NCBI GenBank assembly: GCA_046075565.1
Contig: JBJTQJ010000073.1
Location: 1 to 38,510 of the forward strand
DNA: 38,510 nt
Direction: 5' to 3'
DNA from: Verrucomicrobiales bacterium
GTDB taxonomy: Bacteria > Verrucomicrobiota > Verrucomicrobiia > Verrucomicrobiales > SLCJ01
Positions within the stretch are counted from its first letter, which is position 1. The number at the start of each line of letters is the position of its first letter. This document shows, piece after piece, positions 31,110 to 38,510 of this stretch. Both the position numbers and the translations under genes were made by a program. Under the pieces are notes generated by a model. That model searched no databases. It was not told where the DNA came from and saw only the letters and a list, made by a program, of their open reading frames with translations.

Positions 31110-32147
31110 TCACTTCTCGAGCGTTGGCTCGAGCGTCCGCGCCACCCGCTTGCTAATGAACGGCCGGTCTTCCTCGCGGGTGTGGTCGCCGTCGGCGAAG
31201 TGCTCGAAGACGATTTCCGGGTCGAGGGATTCATCGGCGAAGCCATGGCCATTCGCGGCGGCCCAGGCCTTGAACTGCTCCATATACACCCGGGTCGCCT
31301 CCGGCACTTGCCAGTCCTTGTTCGTGTGGTCGCGCTGTTTCACCCGGTAAAAGACCAGCCGGATCTTTTTCTCCGCCGCGTATTTCTCAAGGTGGGGGAG
31401 GAAGCCGGCGGTCGGACTGGTGGACCACTCCGGTTGACCCAAATCGTCGTAGGAGATGTCTTCATCCATGTCCGCCGCATCACCCGCGAGATCCGGGCGC
31501 AGGTTTTCGATCGAGAAAACGACATTTATGTAATAGCGCAGCGGATCCTTATCCATTCCGAACTTGCTCCAGCCGAGGGCGATGTTGCCGACTTCTTCGG
31601 TGGCCATATCGCGGTAGCCGTCAACCCGCCAGGTGGCGTCGAGAATGTCGTTGGTCTCGTTGAGAATGGGGTTGCCCCCGGTGGGTGCTCCTGCGAGCAC
31701 GGATTCGAGTTCGGGTTCGGCGCCGAGGCTCAGGCTATCGATCAAGGCGGCGCGTTGTCCGGTCGTGCGGTAGCGAGGCAGATGGAAATAGGTGTCGCGG
31801 AAAAAGAACACCACCGTGCGCGGTGGCTTGTCCATGGCGCAGACCACGTTTTTGAAAAGCAGGAACCAGCCCGCCGTGGCCGAGCCGTTGAAGGAAAGCA
31901 GGCTCACCGGTTGGCCGATTTCTCCGCTCAGGATTTCCGGGTCCACGCGGCAGGGCGCCATCGAGTCGCCAATGATCACAATCGATGGGCTCTCCCCGTT
32001 GAGCCGGGTGATCTCATCCGGCACCGACACGGCATCGCGCGCGGACTGGGCCCGTGATTCCCGCTGGAAGGGAATGAGCGCGGGCAGACCGATGGCCAGG
32101 CCGATGAAGACAGCCAGTTGCAGCAATCCGCGGAGTTTGGAGGTCAT
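31110..32147 (-). CDS. Membrane-anchored SGNH-like protein (partner of MBOAT)
   Basis: N-terminal TM, IVIIGDS, C-terminal FADGDH (DxxH); directly downstream of MBOAT. Confidence 0.65.
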   Translation of the reverse strand: MTSKLRGLLQLAVFIGLAIGLPALIPFQRESRAQSARDAVSVPDEITRLNGESPSIVIIGDSMAPCRVDPEILSGEIGQPVSLLSFNGSATAGWFLLFKNVVCAMDKPPRTVVFFFRDTYFHLPRYRTTGQRAALIDSLSLGAEPELESVLAGAPTGGNPILNETNDILDATWRVDGYRDMATEEVGNIALGWSKFGMDKDPLRYYINVVFSIENLRPDLAGDAADMDEDISYDDLGQPEWSTSPTAGFLPHLEKYAAEKKIRLVFYRVKQRDHTNKDWQVPEATRVYMEQFKAWAAANGHGFADESLDPEIVFEHFADGDHTREEDRPFISKRVARTLEPTLEK

Positions 32148-32166
32148 GCTATTGGTGTGCCGTTGG

Positions 32167-33708
32167 TTAGAATTGGAAATAGATGAAATCGCTGCCCACC
32201 TGCGAAGAGAGGGTCAGGATCACGAGGATGAAAAGCGCGGCCACGGTGGCGTCGATGATGACCCGCGGCCAACCATCGGCGGCGGGCAGGCGCCGCCAGT
32301 CCTCGCCGAAAATTTTCTCCGCGAAAGGCAGCAACCAGAGCGGCAGCGAATAGAGGAAGACCTGGGCCGCGACATAGACACCGGTGCGCCACATGTTCGG
32401 CGAGGCGATGAAGGCATTGAGGGTGAACGATCGCCAGAGCTGCGTGAGATTCTGTTCGCGGAAGATCAACCACGCCACATGCACGAGCACGAAGGTCGCG
32501 CCCCAGCGGAGGAACGAGCCCGCTTTGCCACCGCCATGGGCGAGGGCGGGGGACTTGGTTTCGGCAAAATGCCAGCCCGCGACGAGCAGTCCGTGGAATA
32601 AACCCCAGAAGACGAAATTCCAGTTCGCGCCGTGCCAGAGGCCGGAAAGACCGAAGGTGAACAGGATATTGCGGGTCACCCGGGCACCGGAGCCGCGGTT
32701 TCCTCCCAGCGGGATGTAAATGTAGTCGCGGAACCAGGTGGAGAGGGAAATATGCCACCGCCGCCAGAAGTCGGCTGGATTGGCCGCGAGATAGGGATGG
32801 CGGAAGTTGTGGCAGATCTCGATGCCTAACAAACGTGCTGAACCCCGGGCGATATTCGTGTAAGCGGAGAAATCGGCGTAGATCTGCACACCGAAGGCGA
32901 ACACTCCCGCCCAGAGGATGGGGAAGCTGTTTTGTTCGATGGCGAAGACCTTGTTGGCCAGCACGGCGCAGTTGTCGGCGATAACCCGTTTGAGCAGCAA
33001 ACCCCAGAGGATGAGCACCAGTCCCGAGCGGATGGCTTTGGTATCGAACTTCCGGTCCGCCTCGAGTTGGGAGAGCAGATGCCCGGCGCGTTCGATCGGC
33101 CCGGCCACCAACTGCGGGAAAAAGCTCACGAAAAGCGCGTAGTCGAAAAGGTTTTTCCTCGCCGCCGTTTGCCCGCGATAGACATCGATCACGTAGGACG
33201 CGCTCTGGAAGGTGTAGAACGAAATGCCGACCGGCAAGAGGACCTGCCAGTGCGGGCCCTCGAGTTTCCAACCCGCCGCGTTGGCCAGGGCCAGCACGTT
33301 GTCCATGAAAAAGCCGAAATACTTGAAGACGGCGAGGATGGAGAAATTGACCGCGAGGCTGAGGGCGGCGAAGCGCTTCTTCCGATCCGGACGGCGGGTC
33401 AGTCCGCGCGCGCAGGCCCAGTCAACGGTCGTGGTCAGGGCGATGAGCAGGGCATACCACGGGTGGATGTAGGCGTAGAAAAAGTAACTCGCCACCAGGA
33501 GCATCAGGTTGCCCGGCCGGGCCATCGGCCAGCGGATCTCCGCCAGGACAACCAAGCCCGCCACCGTCGCCGGGATCACCTGCCCGTGCCAGGCCATGAA
33601 TCCCGCGAAGGCCAGCGTAATGATCCTCTGCACTCCCCGCGGCGCCAACCAGTAGACCGCGAACACGGCCAGCAAGAAAACAAGATAGTCGGTGCTCTGG
33701 AAAACCAT
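32167..33708 (-). CDS. MBOAT O-acyltransferase (AlgI/DltB-like)
   Basis: LPVGISFYTFQ, FFPQLVAGPIER, QIYADFSAY, FWRRWHISLSTWFRDYIYIPLGG, GLWHGANW. Confidence 0.95.
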   Translation of the reverse strand: MVFQSTDYLVFLLAVFAVYWLAPRGVQRIITLAFAGFMAWHGQVIPATVAGLVVLAEIRWPMARPGNLMLLVASYFFYAYIHPWYALLIALTTTVDWACARGLTRRPDRKKRFAALSLAVNFSILAVFKYFGFFMDNVLALANAAGWKLEGPHWQVLLPVGISFYTFQSASYVIDVYRGQTAARKNLFDYALFVSFFPQLVAGPIERAGHLLSQLEADRKFDTKAIRSGLVLILWGLLLKRVIADNCAVLANKVFAIEQNSFPILWAGVFAFGVQIYADFSAYTNIARGSARLLGIEICHNFRHPYLAANPADFWRRWHISLSTWFRDYIYIPLGGNRGSGARVTRNILFTFGLSGLWHGANWNFVFWGLFHGLLVAGWHFAETKSPALAHGGGKAGSFLRWGATFVLVHVAWLIFREQNLTQLWRSFTLNAFIASPNMWRTGVYVAAQVFLYSLPLWLLPFAEKIFGEDWRRLPAADGWPRVIIDATVAALFILVILTLSSQVGSDFIYFQF

Positions 33709-33784
33709 CGGGTTGCGGTGGCCAATCAGTAACGCCGACCCGCTGGCCCCGCAATCCCAACCTTGGGGGGCGCCCTGCGGGAAA

Positions 33785-34137
33785 GACCGGAAAATGAGAA
33801 CCACGGATGCCGCCCTCCGCCGCCCTGCGGGCTATGAAGGGCGAATGGATGGGAAAGGATTTTGAAAAGAATTCTGTGGGCGGATTGGATAAACGCACGG
33901 GTGAAGAAATCTTCTTTTCCAACCTCCTCCGTATCCGCTTTGCCTGATCGATCGCGGCTTCCGATTCCCGAATTCGGGCTTAAGCCCGGACTCCAACCCC
34001 TGAGCCACCTCATCCGGGAAAGGGAGCGCGGGCGTCCTCGCCCGCGAACAGGCCATTCCGAAAGACGACCAATCAGCAGATGACGTGTCTCCTCCCCGCT
34101 GCATCCCCGTTGGAGTTCGGGCTTTCAGCCCGTTCTG
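33785..34137 (+). repeat. ~350-bp direct repeat, copy 1 (REP mosaic)
   Basis: Aligns at offset 2198 with 35983-36335, about 15 mismatches over the 339-bp core by manual count. Confidence 0.95.
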
Positions 34138-34174
34138 ACCGCCGCCCTCCGCCACCATCAAATGGTTCATATTG

Positions 34175-34305
34175 CGCCATATATGACGTATAAATCCCAG
34201 ATATTGCCTATAGATTGCCACTTCTGACGCTTAAATAAATATCCTACAAAGCGTCTTCTATGGCGTTTTATATTGACAATGACCGATAATACGCCATTTT
34301 AGGCG
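34175..34305 (+). promoter_or_regulatory. hipBA promoter/operator region
   Basis: Four imperfect palindromes YGCCA-N4-WGRCG at 34175, 34216, 34252 (reverse), 34292; TTGACA at 34273 and CATTTT at 34295. Confidence 0.6.
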
Positions 34306-34308
34306 TGT

Positions 34309-34662
34309 ATGAAGATCGACTCCAAGCTGACCGACGAAGCGCTCTTGCGGCTGGTCGGGGAACGCTTGGCCGGGGTCCGGCTGGCGCGTAACTTGACGCA
34401 GCAACAGCTGGCGGAAGAGGCCGGACTCGGCCTGCGGACGGTCCAGCGGCTGGAACTGGGTGCCGCGGCGACGCAGTTGTCGGGATTTATCCGCGTGTGC
34501 CGGGTGCTCGGCCTGGTGGAGAATCTCGAGGCATTCATTCCGCAGCCGGCGGTCAGCCCGATGGAGCAATTGAAGCAGGCGGGCCGGAAGCGCCAGCGGG
34601 CGACGGGCCGGAAAGCGGCGACGGGCGGGTCGAAAAAATGGACGTGGGGTGAGCCGTCATGA
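34309..34662 (+). CDS. XRE-family HTH antitoxin (HipB-like)
   Basis: GERLAGVRLARNLTQQQLAEEAGLGLRTVQRLELG; ATGA overlap with hipA. Confidence 0.88.
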   Translation: MKIDSKLTDEALLRLVGERLAGVRLARNLTQQQLAEEAGLGLRTVQRLELGAAATQLSGFIRVCRVLGLVENLEAFIPQPAVSPMEQLKQAGRKRQRATGRKAATGGSKKWTWGEPS

Positions 34663-35963
34663 TCGCGAAGGTCCAACTCTGGGGCCGGACGATCGGCGCG
34701 GTGTCGCTCGACGAAGGTCGCGAGATCGCGGCATTCCAATACGATGCGGACTTCGCGCGCAGCGGGATCGAGCTATCGCCGCTGGTCATGCCGCTGAACG
34801 AGCGGGTCTATGAATTTCCCGCGCTGCCCCGGAACACCTTCCACGGCCTGCCGGGGCTGCTGGCGGATTCGCTGCCCGACAAGTTCGGCAACGCATTGAT
34901 CGACGCATGGCTGGCCACGCAAGGCCGCACGCCGGAAAGTTTCCATGCGGTGGAGCGGCTCTGTTACACCGGCACGCGCGGCATGGGCGCGTTGGAGTTC
35001 GCGCCGGTGATGGGACCAAGACCGCGCCAGGCATCGAAGATCGAAGTGGACGCGCTGGTGCGATTGGCCGGAGAGGTGCTCACGCATCGAGGCGATTTGC
35101 AGGGTCATTTTCACGAAGCCGGAAGGAAGCAGGCGCTGCGGGATATCTTGAGCGTGGGCACTTCCGCCGGCGGCGCGCGGGCCAAGGCGGTGATCGCGTG
35201 GAATCGCGCGACGAACGAAGTGCGCTCCGGGCAGATCGCGGCGGGCGAGGGATTCGAATACTGGCTGCTGAAATTCGACGGCGTGGCCGGCAACAAGGAC
35301 AAGGAACTGGAAGACCCGAAAGGTTACGGGGCCATCGAGTATGCCTATCACCTCATGGCGAGGGCGGCGGGCATCACGATGAGCGAGTGCCGGTTGTTGG
35401 AGGAAAATGGGCGGCGTCATTTCATGACCCGCCGCTTTGATCGCCTGGCGGGCGGGGCGAAGCTGCACATGCAGTCGCTCTGCGCGCTGGCGCATTTCGA
35501 TTTCAACCAGGCCGGAGCCTACAGCTACGAGCAGGCGCTGCTCACCATCCGCCAGTTCGAGCTACCGATGGCGGCGGTGGAGGAACAGTTCCGCCGCATG
35601 GTCTTCAACATCGTGGCGCGGAATCAGGATGACCATGTGAAGAACATCGCCTTTCTCATGAACCAGCAAGGCGAGTGGTCGCTCGCGCCGGCCTTCGACG
35701 TGACCTACAGCTACAATCCATCCGGCTCATGGACCGCGACCCATCAGATGACGCTGAATGGGAAACGGGACGGATTCACGCTCGCGGATTTCGAGGCCTG
35801 CGCGAAGGCGGCAATGATGAAGCGCGGCCGGGCCGGAATGATCATCGGGGAGGTGCTGGCCGCGGTAAACCGCTGGCCGGAGTTTGCAGCCCAAGCACAG
35901 CTCTCGGATAAATGGCGAAACCAAATCGGAAAGATGCACCGGCTGACTTTCCCTGAAAAGTGA
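34659..35963 (+). CDS. hipA: HipA-family Ser/Thr kinase toxin
   Basis: N-terminal couple domain (LWGRTIG, FQY, DSLPDKFG), SAGGARAK P-loop, LLKFD, RFDR, NQDDHVKN, LAPAFDV. Confidence 0.93.
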   Translation: MIAKVQLWGRTIGAVSLDEGREIAAFQYDADFARSGIELSPLVMPLNERVYEFPALPRNTFHGLPGLLADSLPDKFGNALIDAWLATQGRTPESFHAVERLCYTGTRGMGALEFAPVMGPRPRQASKIEVDALVRLAGEVLTHRGDLQGHFHEAGRKQALRDILSVGTSAGGARAKAVIAWNRATNEVRSGQIAAGEGFEYWLLKFDGVAGNKDKELEDPKGYGAIEYAYHLMARAAGITMSECRLLEENGRRHFMTRRFDRLAGGAKLHMQSLCALAHFDFNQAGAYSYEQALLTIRQFELPMAAVEEQFRRMVFNIVARNQDDHVKNIAFLMNQQGEWSLAPAFDVTYSYNPSGSWTATHQMTLNGKRDGFTLADFEACAKAAMMKRGRAGMIIGEVLAAVNRWPEFAAQAQLSDKWRNQIGKMHRLTFPEK

Positions 35964-35982
35964 GCGCCCATTAGTATGGGCC

Positions 35983-36335
35983 GACCGGGAATGCAAAACC
36001 ACGGATGCCGCCCTCCGCCGCCCTGCGGGCCATGAAGGGCGAATGGATGGGAAAGGATTTTGAACAGAATTCTATTGGCGGATTGGATAAACGCACGGGT
36101 GAAGAAATCTTCTTTTCCAACCTCCTCCGTATCCGCTTTGCCTGATCGATCGTGGCTTCCGATTCCCGAATTCGGGCTTAAGCCCGGACTCCAACCCCTG
36201 AGCCACCTCATCCGGGAAAGGGAGCGCGGGCGTCCTCGCCCGCGAACAGGCTATCCAGCGAGGTGACCAATCAGCAAATGACGTGTCTCCTCCCTGCTGC
36301 ATCCCCGTTGGAGTTCGGGCTTTTAGCCCGTTCTG
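35983..36335 (+). repeat. ~350-bp direct repeat, copy 2 (REP mosaic)
   Basis: Matches 33785-34137; followed by a third partial copy of its 5' end at 36339-36378. Confidence 0.95.
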
Positions 36336-36596
36336 GCAACCGGGAAAGGAAAACCACGGACATCGCCCTCGCCCGCCCAAGAAAAAATTCTTGGTCTTTT
36401 CGCCCCGAAATCGTCGGGGGAGGCTTGCAGTCTGGCGTCTTCTAGTGTCTAACTGACTCAGTTGTCGCATTTCCGATTCTCCATGCCTGCCCGTGGCAAA
36501 GCTTCCTCACCCAAAGACTCGGCCGCCAACCTCGGCTTCGAGGCCAAGCTCTGGCTCGCCGCCGACAAGCTCCGTAACAACATGGACGCGGCGGAG

Positions 36597-36662
36597 CCGA
36601 GCGGAGCGAGACAGCCTGCCCGACAGGGCAGCCCGAAGGGGCAGCGCGGGGGCGCTGAGCAA
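36597..36662 (+). repeat. 66-bp in-frame multi-hairpin insert in hsdM
   Basis: Splits MDAAE|YKHVV; stems ctgccc/gggcag, ccc/ggg, cagcgc/gcgctg. Confidence 0.8.
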
Positions 36663-37015
36663 TACAAGCACGTCGTCCTCGGCCTCATCTTCCTCAAATA
36701 CATCTCCGACACCTTCGAGGAACACCGGGAAAAACTCATCGCTGGCGAGGGCGACTACGCCGGGGCCAATCCCGAGGACCCGGACGAATACAAGGCCGAG
36801 AACGTCTTCTGGGTGCCCGCCGATGCCCGCTGGTCCCACCTCCAGGCCAGCGCCAAGCAGCCCACCATCGGCAAGACCGTGGACGACGCCATGGTCGCCA
36901 TCGAGCGCGACAACCCGCGCCTCAAAGGCGTCCTGCCCAAAGACTACGCCCGCCCCGGCCTCGACAAGCACCGCCTCGGCGAACTCATCGACCTCATCGG
37001 GACGATCGCCCTCGC

Positions 37016-37090
37016 CTGTAGCGGCGGTCTGCGACCGTCGCACGATGCCAATGAAGAGGAATCAGCGACGGTCACAGAACGCCGCTACAG
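37016..37090. repeat. REP doublet (REPIN-like) inside hsdM
   Basis: 26-nt inverted arms 37016-37041 and 37065-37090 (24/26 match), each with GTAG at the outer end. Confidence 0.85.
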
Positions 37091-37268
37091 TTCCCACCGC
37101 TCCGTCGATCTGCTCGGCCGCGTGTATGAGTATTTCCTCACCCGCTTCGCCAGCGCCGAGGGCAAGAACGGCGGCCAGTTCTACACCCCGTCCTGCGTCG
37201 TGCGCTGCCTCGTCGAGATGCTCGCCCCCTACAAAGGCCGCATCTACGACCCCGCCTGCGGCTCCGGC

Positions 37269-37697
37269 GGCAGGGGCGAAGTGGGAAATCAGAATTATGA
37301 AGGAAGACAACGACCTCAAGGACCGCACCAAACAGTTTGCGCTGCGAATCATCCGCCTGTTCGGCAGTCTGCCGAAATCGACGGAAGCTCAGGTGCTGGG
37401 CAAACAACTGCTCCGTTCGGGAACATCCGTCGGGGCGAACTACCGGGAAGCGCATCGTGGACGGAGCAAAGCCGAGTTCATCGCCAAATGCGGCGACTCG
37501 CTCCGGGAACTGGAAGAATCGGCGTATTGGTTGGAGCTGCTTGTCGATGGGGAAATTGTGCCAGCGGCCAAGCTGCAACCACTCCGTGCCGAGTGCGACG
37601 AACTCACCGCCATCTTTGTCACGGTCATCAAACGAGCGAGAGACAGCGCCTGACTCCCTTTCTTCCTTCATCATTCTTCCTTCAAACTTCCCCTGCC
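37269..37697 (+). mobile_element. Inverted-repeat-bounded cassette carrying a four-helix-bundle gene
   Basis: IRs 37269-37307 and 37661-37697 (GGCAGGGG..AAGT..AGAATKATGAAGGAAGA) enclose the ORF; no recombinase visible. Confidence 0.6.
37297..37653 (+). CDS. Four helix bundle protein (23S rRNA IVP / TIGR02436-like), nested in hsdM in another frame
   Basis: [65 protein letters not shown]. Confidence 0.93.
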   Translation: MKEDNDLKDRTKQFALRIIRLFGSLPKSTEAQVLGKQLLRSGTSVGANYREAHRGRSKAEFIAKCGDSLRELEESAYWLELLVDGEIVPAAKLQPLRAECDELTAIFVTVIKRARDSA

Positions 37698-37718
37698 TGG
37701 GTGCAGCACTTCATCCAC

Positions 37719-37748
37719 TGCATCCTCCGTAGCCTTGGCGAAGGGGGA
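37719..37748 (+). repeat. 30-bp in-frame hairpin insert in hsdM
   Basis: Splits QHFIH|HLAP; tcctccgtagccttggcgaaggggga. Confidence 0.75.
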
Positions 37749-38099
37749 CACCTCGCCCCGCAAGGCATGGCCGGCTTCGTCCTCGCCAATGGCAGCATGT
37801 CGTCGAACCAGTCCGGCGAAGGCGACATCCGCCGCGCCCTCATCGAGGCCGACCTCGTGGACTGCATGGTCGCCCTCCCCGGCCAACTCTTCTACAGCAC
37901 GCAGATTCCCGTCTGCCTCTGGTTCCTCGCGAAAAACAAAAACGCCGACACCAAACGCGGCTTCCGCGACCGCCGCCAGCAAATCCTCTTCATCGACGCC
38001 CGCAAACTCGGCACCCTCATCGACCGCGTCCACCGCGAGCTGACCGACGCCGATCTTGAGAAAATCACCGCCACGTATCATGCGTGGAGGGCAGAAAGT

Positions 38100-38174
38100 C
38101 TCACGCAAAGCCGCAAAGTCGCCAAAGTAGGCAATGAATCTTCATCTCTTAGCGCCTTTGCGCCTTTGCGTAAG
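38100..38174. repeat. Octamer-periodic inverted repeat inside hsdM
   Basis: ctcacgcaaagccgcaaagtcgccaaa pairs with cttagcgcctttgcgcctttgcgtaag (22/27). Confidence 0.8.
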
Positions 38175-38397
38175 TATTCCGATGTCCCGGGCTTCTGCAA
38201 ATCCGCCACCACCGCCGAAATCGCCGCCCACGGTCACGTGCTCACGCCCGGCCGCTACGTCGGCGCCGAGGAAGTCGAAGACGACGGCGACCCCTTCGAG
38301 GAAAAGATGCCGCGCCTCGTCGCCGAACTGCACGCCCAGTTCGCCGAGTCCGCGAAACTGGAGCAGGCCATCAAAGCAAACCTGAGGGGGCTGGGTT

Positions 38398-38510
38398 ATG
38401 GCGGGTGAATGGAAAACCATCGCACTAAAAGACATCGCCGAGTCCATTAACACGGGACTAGATGCAATTACTCGCGCCCCGATTGTGTCCTATCCAACTG
38501 AAATCAAGTG
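38398..38510 (+). CDS. hsdS: Type I R-M specificity subunit, N-terminus (partial)
   Basis: [14 protein letters not shown] start overlapping hsdM end; GC content drops as expected for a TRD. Confidence 0.75.
   Translation, partial: MAGEWKTIALKDIAESINTGLDAITRAPIVSYPTEIK

Larger units (their letters stand above)
36483..38408 (+). pseudogene. hsdM: Type I R-M methyltransferase subunit; frame open but five inserts present and NPPF catalytic segment absent
   Basis: [71 protein letters not shown]; no NPPF/NPPY. Confidence 0.85.

Noticed and set aside
30426-32057. Long antisense ORFs (also 1185-2228, 10940-12046, 13915-14997, 29175-30359)
   Set aside because: Shadow ORFs opposite well-supported genes in high-GC DNA
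33785-36335. Direct repeats as IS elements, CRISPR or DGR TR/VR
   Set aside because: No transposase, no repeat-spacer periodicity, no reverse transcriptase, and mismatches are not adenine-specific
36493-37296. 386-aa ORF as a long N-terminal extension of the four-helix-bundle protein
   Set aside because: Ser/Thr/Pro-rich off-frame read of hsdM; the real start is ATG 37297
37335-37362. CAANHPPV in the HsdM frame resembling the ANPPF catalytic motif
   Set aside because: By-product of the four-helix-bundle codons (FALRIIRL) read in another frame; wrong spacing from motif I and not NPPF/Y
37272-37694. Stop-free HsdM frame across the cassette as proof of dual coding
   Set aside because: That frame needs T at codon position 3 to make a stop, which is uncommon in GC-rich genes, so openness can be chance

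Overview
GC-rich bacterial DNA, most likely Verrucomicrobiota/PVC (DUF1501 + DUF1549/DUF1553 cytochrome pair, DUF1573, N-methylation pilin-like protein). From left to right: (i) two convergent surface-glycan blocks, with ACP-FabH-like-acetyltransferase-GT2 intact on + and DegT-WbqC-2x beta-propeller-GNAT on -, three of the latter disrupted; (ii) core/housekeeping genes (ECF sigma + YfbK-like partner, purE/purK, CBS-DRTGG PPase, DUF1573, rhodanese, MoxR-DUF58-transglutaminase, infC with an ATA start, pepP, tRNA-Leu(TAG), pilin-like, SGNH esterase, GH128, DUF1501/DUF1553, MBOAT + SGNH-like); (iii) an accessory right end where a hipBA-like module lies between two ~350-bp REP-mosaic direct repeats, followed by type I R-M hsdM-hsdS. 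The most striking feature is hsdM. It carries five unrelated hairpin-forming, frame-preserving inserts, and one of them is an inverted-repeat-bounded four-helix-bundle gene that has replaced the NPPF catalytic segment. All calls come from reading the sequence and recalling family motifs; no searches were run.
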